From NCBI GenBank assembly GCA_964392845.1, contig CAYMRQ010000002.1, positions 1 to 61,495 of the forward strand: 61,495 bases of DNA, in the 5' to 3' direction. Shown piece by piece: positions 26,479 to 34,498 of this stretch (position 1 is its first letter; every line of letters begins with the position of its first letter). The notes below the pieces were generated by a model. It was not told the DNA's origin. It ran no database searches and was given only the letters and a program-made list of their open reading frames with translations. A program made the position numbers and the translations under genes. The stretch comes from an uncultured Rhizobium sp. (GTDB lineage: Bacteria > Pseudomonadota > Alphaproteobacteria > ATCC43930 > CGMCC-115725).

Positions 26479-26883
26479 ATGCGGGCACTGCTTGGCGTTG
26501 CCTTGGCCGCCGCCCTCTGGGCGTCGCCCGCCGCGACGTTTGCCGGTGAGGGGATGATGCCCGCCGACGAACCGGAAGATACGCTCGTTTTCGGCCTCAC
26601 GGCGACGCAGCTCGCGCTCGCTGCCGCTGTCGGAGCGGGCGCCGGGTTGGCGGGAGCGGTTGCCTCGGGCAATGTAATCGCTGGCGCGTCATTGGGGTTC
26701 GGCACGCTGGCGGCGATCTACGTCGCCCACCTGGCCGCCGAGGCTGTCTTGGTCGGCGGCATCTATTATTGGTGGCCCTGGGAGGCGTGGCCCTGGGAGG
26801 CGGACTCCGAATCCCCCACCTCGCGCCCCATCGCGATCAGGCGCGCGGGCGAGGCTGAGGCACGATCCCGAACCCTTCGCTGA
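26479..26883 (+). CDS. Small secreted/membrane protein with Gly/Ala zipper and a Trp-rich tail
   Basis: MRALLGVALAAALWASPAATFA signal. AAAVGAGAGLAGAVASGNVIAGASLGFG, then GGIYYWWPWEAWPWEA. The start is uncertain (the ORF opens at 26395). Confidence 0.5.
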   Translation: MRALLGVALAAALWASPAATFAGEGMMPADEPEDTLVFGLTATQLALAAAVGAGAGLAGAVASGNVIAGASLGFGTLAAIYVAHLAAEAVLVGGIYYWWPWEAWPWEADSESPTSRPIAIRRAGEAEARSRTLR

Positions 26884-27136
26884 TACCCGAGGCGCGCTTC
26901 GATCCGTCGACGACCTAGCCGCTGCCGGACGTGGGCTTCCCCGACACGAGATCGTTGCAGTGCTCGCTTGCGGCTCCGGGTCGCCATCCTAGGTCAGATC
27001 GATGCACGATCAAATTGGTGTCGAGCAGCCCGCTTGCGGCGGGAGTTTGCGGGCGCCCGGCGCGACGCCGTCACAGTTTTTGATCGAAGGGACCCGAGCC
27101 GCGGTCTGAAGATCGCGGGACTCCGCAATTATCCCC

Positions 27137-28525
27137 TTGGGGCCGCGCCGATTGGCTAGAATACGGAGGTCCAGCGACATAAGGGCCGACCGGTCCCCGG
27201 AGTCTCGCTTGCCGGAAGAGAACGAACCGAACATCAGGCCCGCTCGATCGGTTCTTCGCTTGTGGCCGGCGGCGGCTCGGTCACCCTGGGTGTGGCTGTT
27301 TTGTGTCGGGGTGGCGATGGGGGTCGTTGGCTTGCTGGTTGCCAGCTTGCCCTACCTGCCATGGGAACCGCCACCATCGGCAAATCGCCGAGCGGCAGCG
27401 CCGACATCCGCACCACCGCCTCCGATTGCCGCGCCCGCCGCGCCGGCCGCGGCAGCGGCAGGTGCCTCGCACACGATCGTCGCCTGGCGCGATGGCGAGG
27501 GAGCGCTGCGCCGAGCGGGCACCGACAGCGCGCGGTACGAGGAGTTTGTCGCGGCCGCGCGCCACCAGATCGACGAGGACCAGCGATCGCTGCTGGTGGC
27601 GCGAAGCAACCGGCTGCGCGCCGGATTGGCCCCGCTCTTCGAGCAGATCGACGAGCGGGTCTCAGGTTACGCCGACTGGGTGTTCGACTGGTGGACGAGT
27701 TGGATCCTCCTGGCCCGTACATTCGGGTGGACATGGGATGGCTTGACGACGGGTCCGGTGCTGACCCTGCCCGACAGAGTCCAGGCACAACTCGTTGCCG
27801 CCGTGCAGGAGCAGTTTATCGGGCGGGTCCTGGAGCCGGGTGAGCTCGAACCGAAGATCGACGCCGCCCTGCGTGGCGCACTCGTCGCGATGCGCGAAGA
27901 TCTGCTCGGCAACTGTGCAAAATATCAGCAGTCCTTCACCGGCTTCATCCGGAGCCAGGCACGAAAAGTCGAACGCCATGATCCGGCACAAGGGTGGATT
28001 CCCGATCCGTCGTGGGAGCGTAGCGCGGCCACTTTTCGACCGCTTTGCGATGGGATTGGAGCCATCGACGAAAGAGCGATGCGCGCCCAGTTCCCGGTCC
28101 TGCTCGAACTGAAAACCGCCGACAGCCCGGTCAATGACGTGATCTTGCGTCTGGCACGCCCATTCGCGACAAAGCTGATCAGCTTCGTGGTGTTGCCGGT
28201 GATCGTCGCCGCGATCCTCGGCGGCATCCTGCTGCCGCTGTTCGGCCAGTTGCCCGGCGTGCTGGCGAACGTCATTACCGGTGTCCTTACCGGCGCCGTC
28301 GGCGCGCTGATCATTGGCCTAGCCGCGAGCGCATCGATTGATTGGGTGCTGAACCGAACCGACGCGACGCTGAACCGCGCCGGCTTCGAGGCGAGTGTCC
28401 GCAAGGCGATAATCGCGACGGAACGCAGTTTCGAGACCCGAGTGCTCGACGCCCAGGAGGGTCCGCTCAAGCGGCAGATCGAGGCACTGGCGACGGCCAT
28501 GGCCGGCAAAATTGCCGCGCCGTAA
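27137..28525 (+). CDS. Uncharacterised membrane protein, ~460-aa family (paralog 2)
   Basis: It has the same architecture as 23618-25009: IVAWRDGEGALRRA...RVSGYADWVFDWW, a C-terminal hydrophobic Gly-rich segment, and the tail NRAGFEASVRKAIIATERSFE. The start codon is uncertain. Confidence 0.7.
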   Translation: MGPRRLARIRRSSDIRADRSPESRLPEENEPNIRPARSVLRLWPAAARSPWVWLFCVGVAMGVVGLLVASLPYLPWEPPPSANRRAAAPTSAPPPPIAAPAAPAAAAAGASHTIVAWRDGEGALRRAGTDSARYEEFVAAARHQIDEDQRSLLVARSNRLRAGLAPLFEQIDERVSGYADWVFDWWTSWILLARTFGWTWDGLTTGPVLTLPDRVQAQLVAAVQEQFIGRVLEPGELEPKIDAALRGALVAMREDLLGNCAKYQQSFTGFIRSQARKVERHDPAQGWIPDPSWERSAATFRPLCDGIGAIDERAMRAQFPVLLELKTADSPVNDVILRLARPFATKLISFVVLPVIVAAILGGILLPLFGQLPGVLANVITGVLTGAVGALIIGLAASASIDWVLNRTDATLNRAGFEASVRKAIIATERSFETRVLDAQEGPLKRQIEALATAMAGKIAAP

Positions 28526-28582
28526 ACGGCCCGGACCAAGGCGCAGCGGCCGCCTCAGCCCAATGCGCCAGGGCGCGCAGGC

Positions 28583-28951
28583 TCAATCCGCAGCCGCCGA
28601 GAATGCCGCGGTGTGCAATCCGGTCTGGCTCCTGCCGGGGTCGCCGATCAATTGGAACGATGGCGCCGGAGTGTCGGCGTAACGCATTTTCATTTTGCCC
28701 CCTGGCATCATTCCGTCGCGGCTCGTGGCGGCCATATACCACCACTCACCGATCGCGCCTCCGGCGACGACACCGATCACGGTCGCCGGGACACCGGTAA
28801 GATAATAATAGCCTACGGCGCCACCGACCGCGGCACCAGCGATCGTTGCGGCCACGGCGCCCACAGTCAGCCCACTCTCTTGCGCCGGCGCTTCGCGCGG
28901 AGCGGCGCCGATCAGCGCAAGGGCAACGGCGGCAACAGCCAAGCTTTTCAT
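28583..28951 (-). CDS. Small glycine-zipper protein, GGxxxxWWY family (member 3)
   Basis: An AAGGAGGG RBS precedes the start. MKSLAVAAVALALIGAAPREAPAQ signal, then GAVAATIAGAAVGGAVGYYY...VVAGGAIGEWWYMA. A Met-rich patch follows (DGMMPGGKMKM). Confidence 0.65.
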   Translation of the reverse strand: MKSLAVAAVALALIGAAPREAPAQESGLTVGAVAATIAGAAVGGAVGYYYLTGVPATVIGVVAGGAIGEWWYMAATSRDGMMPGGKMKMRYADTPAPSFQLIGDPGRSQTGLHTAAFSAAAD

Positions 28952-29094
28952 CGGAGCCCTCCTTTGACGCAGCGAGCGCGATCGATCTAACACAGATGCT
29001 CCGCGATGATCAAACGCCGATGATGCGAGCGGACAAGCGAAGCGTCGAGACAAAGCCGATGGAGGCCCTCGCGCGGCCAACCGGGCTCTTCAGG

Positions 29095-29706
29095 CTAGCG
29101 ATCCTCGCTCGGCGCCCAATTGCGGGCAGCCATCTGCGCGTCTGCGATTTGCGCGGCGGTCATGTTCGCCCCGACCGACTCGCGCAGCTTCGCCACGGCG
29201 TTACGGGGCTCCCCCGGCGGCAATCTGGATGCGGCCAGGTTGAGCCACAAATGCGCGGCAACCAGATCCCGCGTCACGCCGACCCCGTTCATGTAAAGCA
29301 AGCCGAGGCGGTATTGCGCCACCGGCACGCCGCGATCGGCGGCCATGCGATACCACCGCGCGGCTTCGCCCGTGTCCTGGGTTACCCCGATGCCCCATTC
29401 ATAGCAGGCGCCAAGCTGATATTGCGCCAGGCCAACCCCAGCCATCGCAGCTTTGCGCAGCCACTTCAAGCCTTCCGCACTATCGCGAGAAACCCCCTCT
29501 CCGGAAAAATACATTCGCCCCAACGCGTATTGCGCCGCCGGCGCGCCGCCGGCAGCGGCGGGGCCGAGTTCGCGATAGGCGGTTGCATAATCACCCCGGT
29601 CATAGGCAGCCAGGCCGTCATCCAGGCCGGCAAATGCCGGCGCTGTCAGCCCGATCGCGATCAGACCGCCGAGCACCAAGCCCCGCGTTGTCGTCGGCTT
29701 CGTCAT
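29095..29706 (-). CDS. Sel1-repeat (SLR) protein with signal peptide (paralog 2)
   Basis: MTKPTTTRGLVLGGLIAIGLTAPAFA signal. Sel1 repeats RMYFSGEGVSRDS, ACYEWGIGVTQDT, LLYMNGVGVTRDL. The C-terminus NLAASRLPPGE...MTAAQIADAQ..AR.W parallels 22881-23516. Confidence 0.85.
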   Translation of the reverse strand: MTKPTTTRGLVLGGLIAIGLTAPAFAGLDDGLAAYDRGDYATAYRELGPAAAGGAPAAQYALGRMYFSGEGVSRDSAEGLKWLRKAAMAGVGLAQYQLGACYEWGIGVTQDTGEAARWYRMAADRGVPVAQYRLGLLYMNGVGVTRDLVAAHLWLNLAASRLPPGEPRNAVAKLRESVGANMTAAQIADAQMAARNWAPSEDR

Positions 29707-29741
29707 TGCTCCGGTCCGGGCTGAGCGGACAAAATCGTGCG

Positions 29742-30521
29742 TCAACCGGCGTAACCATCCTTGCCGCGCCCGATCCCCAGCGCACCGGCCAGGTCGATCG
29801 GCAACGGAAACACGATCGTCGAACTCTTGTCTCCGGCGATGCTCTGCAGCGCAAGGAGGGAGCGCAACTGCATCGCCTGGGGCCATCCGGCCAGGATCTC
29901 GCCCGCCTGCCGCAACCGATCGGCGGCTTGCAGCTCACCCTCCGCGTCGATCACCTTGGCGCGCCGGTTTCGCTCGGCCTCCGCCTGGCGGGCGATCGCG
30001 CGGATCATGGTTTCGTTAAGATCGACGTTCTTGATCTCGACATTGAGCACCCTGATCCCCCATGAATGGTAATGCTCGTCGAGGATCGACAGGATGTTGT
30101 CGTTGATCTGTTTGCGTTCGGCCAGCATGGCGTCGAGATCGTGTTCGCCGAGAACCGAGCGCAGCGTGGTTTGGGCGAGCTGGCTGGTCGCATCTTCGAA
30201 ATCCTCGACCTGGAGGATCGCCTCATCGGGCCGGCTGACGCGGTAGTAAATGACGGCGCTCACTTTGACCGACACATTATCGCGCGAGATGACATCCTGA
30301 ACCGGCACGGGAAGGACCCGGACCCGCAGATCGACCCGCACCGCGTTCTGCAGCAGCGGCACGATGAAGACCAGGCCAGGTCCCTTGACCCCGGTGAACC
30401 GGCCGAGGGTGAACACCACAAAGCGCTCGTACTCGCGTAACGCCGAGATCGCCAAATATGCGATGCCGAGGACCAGCCCGCCGGCGAGCACGATCACAAA
30501 GGCGCTGTTGGTGCTAAACAT
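29742..30521 (-). CDS. SPFH/band-7 (stomatin-like, slipin) protein
   Basis: N-terminal TM then VPVQDVISRDNVSVKVSAVIYYRV...TLRSVLGEHDLDAMLAER...WGIRVLNVEIKNVDL...ARQAEAERNRRAKVIDAEGE. Confidence 0.88.
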   Translation of the reverse strand: MFSTNSAFVIVLAGGLVLGIAYLAISALREYERFVVFTLGRFTGVKGPGLVFIVPLLQNAVRVDLRVRVLPVPVQDVISRDNVSVKVSAVIYYRVSRPDEAILQVEDFEDATSQLAQTTLRSVLGEHDLDAMLAERKQINDNILSILDEHYHSWGIRVLNVEIKNVDLNETMIRAIARQAEAERNRRAKVIDAEGELQAADRLRQAGEILAGWPQAMQLRSLLALQSIAGDKSSTIVFPLPIDLAGALGIGRGKDGYAG

Positions 30522-30585
30522 CGAAACCTTCCTTTCGGCATTGCCGCACGGATAGGCTCGCTTCCGATACCGGCAAGGGCCTAAG

Positions 30586-31203
30586 TCATGGTCGCAAGGC
30601 GTGCTTTGCCCGCCCCCGATAGTATTGGAACATCACGGCAGCCAGCGCGATGGTCCAGAAATTCAACAGGTACAGCGTCCACAACAACAAGCAAACGGCG
30701 TAGATCGTGAGATAGGCCACGAACGCCGCCAGCGCCAAACTGAGGAGCGCCGCACGCCGCGCCATTCCCCCGTGCCAAAAAAGAAAAGGGGCCGCAACCG
30801 CCGCCACCAACAGCGCGGTCACGATGCTGATCAGGACCAGAAAGGTGGCGGTTGCCACGTTGCCGGCCGGGTCGTCGACCAGGGTGCCGATGCCGTAGTT
30901 CAACGGATTGGCACGATCACCCAGAAACTGCCAGAGCGACAGGTTCCACGGGCTTTCCGGAACGAACAGCGCGTTCAGATCGAAATAGCGCCGGTCAAAG
31001 CGAGCGTAAATCAGGGCGACTCCGAGCGCTATCCCCAGCAATTTGGCGACCGCGGTAACGAGCGGAACCTCGAAAAAATCGTCGGGAAGCACTCTCCGCT
31101 TGATGCGGCCGGCCAGCTTGATGGCGACGATCGGGAGCGCTACGACGAGCGCTATCTCAAGCGCGGCGCGGGCGATGGCAACAAGGCCGCCAATATCGCT
31201 CAT
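30586..31203 (-). CDS. Multi-pass membrane protein, uncharacterised
   Basis: 205 aa with 5-6 hydrophobic segments. No motif recognised. Confidence 0.55.
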   Translation of the reverse strand: MSDIGGLVAIARAALEIALVVALPIVAIKLAGRIKRRVLPDDFFEVPLVTAVAKLLGIALGVALIYARFDRRYFDLNALFVPESPWNLSLWQFLGDRANPLNYGIGTLVDDPAGNVATATFLVLISIVTALLVAAVAAPFLFWHGGMARRAALLSLALAAFVAYLTIYAVCLLLWTLYLLNFWTIALAAVMFQYYRGRAKHALRP

Positions 31204-31369
31204 CGCCGTCAGGCAACGCGGTCAGCGTCGCCGATGTGCCGCCGCCCCCGTCCCGAACACATCGAGCCACTCCTTACCGAGCACGCAGGCGCCGATCGGA
31301 TAGGCGCGGGCAACGGGAGGCGGCGACTATGACCCTGCGCGCCGTCAACGAAATATTCGTCCGGGTCGC

Positions 31370-34300
31370 CTAATAGGCTTCCGATCCCAACCCGGTTTCG
31401 TGCTGCTCGGCGAGCGCGCGCAGCGGCTTCTCGCCGAACCGCAAGAACAGGACAGGCGTCAGCACGGCATCCAATAGCGTGGCGCCGATCAACCCACCGA
31501 AGATCACCAGGGCGACGGGCGACAGGATTTCCTTCCCCGGCTGGTCACCGTTGAGCATCAGGGGGATCAGCGCGCAGCCGGCCGAGAGAGTCGTCATCAA
31601 TACCGGCGTCATGCGTTCGAGGCTGCCGCGCACGATCATCGCGCGCCCGAAAGTCTCGCCTTCATTGAGGACCAGATTGATGTAGTGGCTGATCTTGAGA
31701 ATGCCGTTGCGCGTGCTGATGCCGGCCAGGGTGATGAAGCCGATCATCGTCGCCAGCGACAACGTCCCACCGGCGAGCCACAGACCCAGGACGCTGCCGA
31801 TCAGCGCCAGCGGCACGTTGAAGATGACGATCAGGGCCAGCGCCGTCGAGTTGTAGCGCGTATAAAGAATTGCGAAAATCAGCATCAGCGAGACCAGCGA
31901 CAGCACCGCGATCCGCTTGGTCGCCGCCTGCTGCGCGGCATAATTACCCTCGACACTGACAAAGTAGCCGGCAGGGAGGCTCATCCGGGCGGCCTGCTGC
32001 TCGATCCCGCGGGCGATCGCCGCCATATCGGTGCCGTCGGTGTTGGCGAGGATCGCAACGCGCCGCAAGCCGTTGTCGCGGACGATCTGGTTGGGCCCGT
32101 CGCTGTCCCGGATATCGGCAAGCTGCTGCAACGGCACGTGGCCGAACGGCGTATCGATCAGCAAGAGGCGCAGCGCATCGCTCGTTCGATCGGCGTCATC
32201 GAGACGGATGAAGACGTCGTAGCGGCGGTTTTCGTCGACGACTTCGGAGGTAACCCGTCCGGCAGCGAGCGTCTCGAGCAGCCGCGTCAGCTGCGCCGAC
32301 GTGACCCCGTAGAGCCGTGCGGCATCGGGATCGATGCGGACGCGCAACTGCGGGATGCGGGCCTGAGTCTGAACCTTGAGGTCGGTCAGGCCCGGCACAT
32401 GGCCGAGCCGCCCACGCAGACCTTCGGCCAATTTCCCCAGCGTATCCAGATCGGGCCCGTAGACCTTGACCGCGAGTTGCGAGGGCAGACCGGTCATCAG
32501 GAGATTGAGTCTGTGGGTCAGCGGCTGGCCAATATGCAGCGCGCCAGGCATCCCGCTCAAATGATCGCGAATGTCCTGCAACACCACCGACAGCTTGCGT
32601 TGCGACGACCGTAAATCGACGTCGATATTGGTCTCGTAGATGCCGTCGGCATGCAGATCGAGCTCCGCACGCCCGGTGCGCCGAGCGACCGACTGGACCT
32701 CGGGAACCCCGAGCAGCAGCTTCTCCGCCGCCGCGCCCATGCGGTTCGACTGGATCAGCGAGATACCGGGACGGTACGTCAACTCGATCATGTACATGCC
32801 TTCGTTGAGCGGCGGCAGGAACGCGCGCGGCAGATAGCTCACGGTGACCGCGGCAACGACTACCCCGGCCAGCGCCGTCGCGATCAGGCCCGGCTGGTGT
32901 TCGAACGCCCAATTCAACAGCCGCGCGTTCTGTCGCTTCAACCAGGCGATCAGCGCGGAATCGCCATGGCGCATCTGCTTCATCTGCGGCAGCAGGTAAT
33001 AGGCGAGGACCGGCGTCAGGGTGATCGAGGTGATCAGACTGGCAAAAATCGATACGATATACGTGATGGCGAGCGGCGCGAACATGAGTCCTTCGATCCC
33101 GGGAAGCGCAAACAGGGGAAAGAAGACCAGAAGAACGATCAGCGTCGCATAGAAGATGCCGGAGCGCACTTCGACGGTGGCGTCGGCGATGACCCGCAGG
33201 GCCGGCAGCGGCTCTGCCAGCGCGCGATTGAGGCGCAGCCGGCGAAAGGTGTTTTCGACCCCGACCACGGCATCGTCGACCAGTTCGCCGGTCGCGATTG
33301 CCAAGCCGCCAAGGGTCATCGTGTTGATCGTCAGGCCGCCGAGCCAAAAGACCAGTATGGTGATGCAGATCGAGATCGGGATCGCGGTCAGCGAAATCAC
33401 CGTCGTGCGGAAGTTGAGCAGGAAGGCGAACAGCACTACGGCGACCACCGCCGCCGACTCGAGCAGCACGCGCTGCAGAGTGGCAATCGAATGCTCGATA
33501 AACTTCGCCTGCTCGAAGACGATCTTGTCGGCGCGGATGCCCTGCGGGAAGAACGGGCGCATCTCGACGAGCGCCTGCTCGACCCGCCGAGTCAATGCCA
33601 GGGTGTTGACCCCGGGCTGCTTGTGAACGCGCAGCTGCACCGCGGGTTTGCCCATGAGCCCGGCGTCACCCTGCTTGACGCGCGGTTCGAAGCCTACCCC
33701 GGCCAGCTGCCGCAGCAGGACCGGCCGTCCGTCGCGATATGCCACCACCAGGTCGCGCGCGCCTGCGATCACAGCCTCGGGCTCGCGGGTCCGGCCGAGG
33801 TTCATGATCAGGAACCGGCGGCCATATTGGTCGACCGAATCGCCACCGGTATTGGTGTTGTAAGCGGTCAAGGCCTGCTCGAGCTGGTCGACCGTCACAT
33901 TGAGAAAATCGAGCTTGCGCGGGTCGGGGGTGATGCGCAATTGGCGCACGTCGCCGCCCATCGGCAGCACCTGCGAGATGCCCGGGATGGCCATCAGCCG
34001 GGGCCGTAAATACCAGTCGGAAAAATCGCGCAACGCCATCATGTCGCCGGTATCGGAGGTCATGGCGATAATCAGGATCTCGCCCATCACCGAGGATATC
34101 GGCGCCATCTCGGGCGTCACATTGTTGGGCAGCATCTCCCGCGCCTGAGCAAGCCTTTCGGCGACCAGCTGCCGGTTGCGATAGGTGTCGGTGCCGAGCT
34201 CGAAATCGACGTTGACGATCGAGAGGCTCGAACTTGAGATTGAGCGCACGCGCGCGACGCTATTGAGCCCCGACATCGATGTCTCGATCGGGAAGGTGAC

Positions 34301-34492
34301 GCGCCGCTCAATCTCCTCGGGTGCCAGCCCCTCGCCTTCGGTGATGATCGAAACGGTAGAGCGGTCGATTTCCGGCAGGACGTCGACCGGCACCCGCTGC
34401 AGCCCGAGTGCGCCGCCAATGAATAAGAGGCCGGTGCCGCACAGGATTAAAACCCGGTGCGACAGACTCCGGCGGATCAAATATGCGAACAT
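31370..34492 (-). CDS. CusA/CzcA-family (HME-like) RND efflux permease, paralog 1
   Basis: 1040 aa. MFAYLIRRSL...VDVLPEI..., a 12-TM RND layout and the TM4 motif GGLAIATGELVDDAVVGVEN. It is co-linear with CusA/CzcA. Confidence 0.9.
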   Translation of the reverse strand: MFAYLIRRSLSHRVLILCGTGLLFIGGALGLQRVPVDVLPEIDRSTVSIITEGEGLAPEEIERRVTFPIETSMSGLNSVARVRSISSSSLSIVNVDFELGTDTYRNRQLVAERLAQAREMLPNNVTPEMAPISSVMGEILIIAMTSDTGDMMALRDFSDWYLRPRLMAIPGISQVLPMGGDVRQLRITPDPRKLDFLNVTVDQLEQALTAYNTNTGGDSVDQYGRRFLIMNLGRTREPEAVIAGARDLVVAYRDGRPVLLRQLAGVGFEPRVKQGDAGLMGKPAVQLRVHKQPGVNTLALTRRVEQALVEMRPFFPQGIRADKIVFEQAKFIEHSIATLQRVLLESAAVVAVVLFAFLLNFRTTVISLTAIPISICITILVFWLGGLTINTMTLGGLAIATGELVDDAVVGVENTFRRLRLNRALAEPLPALRVIADATVEVRSGIFYATLIVLLVFFPLFALPGIEGLMFAPLAITYIVSIFASLITSITLTPVLAYYLLPQMKQMRHGDSALIAWLKRQNARLLNWAFEHQPGLIATALAGVVVAAVTVSYLPRAFLPPLNEGMYMIELTYRPGISLIQSNRMGAAAEKLLLGVPEVQSVARRTGRAELDLHADGIYETNIDVDLRSSQRKLSVVLQDIRDHLSGMPGALHIGQPLTHRLNLLMTGLPSQLAVKVYGPDLDTLGKLAEGLRGRLGHVPGLTDLKVQTQARIPQLRVRIDPDAARLYGVTSAQLTRLLETLAAGRVTSEVVDENRRYDVFIRLDDADRTSDALRLLLIDTPFGHVPLQQLADIRDSDGPNQIVRDNGLRRVAILANTDGTDMAAIARGIEQQAARMSLPAGYFVSVEGNYAAQQAATKRIAVLSLVSLMLIFAILYTRYNSTALALIVIFNVPLALIGSVLGLWLAGGTLSLATMIGFITLAGISTRNGILKISHYINLVLNEGETFGRAMIVRGSLERMTPVLMTTLSAGCALIPLMLNGDQPGKEILSPVALVIFGGLIGATLLDAVLTPVLFLRFGEKPLRALAEQHETGLGSEAY

Positions 34493-34498
34493 AAAGGG

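Noticed and set aside
32651-34009. 452-aa plus-strand ORF, plus the 383-aa minus-strand alternate-frame ORF at 32196-33347
   Set aside because: Both overlap the RND pump gene at 31370-34492. Their composition is dominated by Arg, Asp, Gly and Pro, with no recognisable domain.
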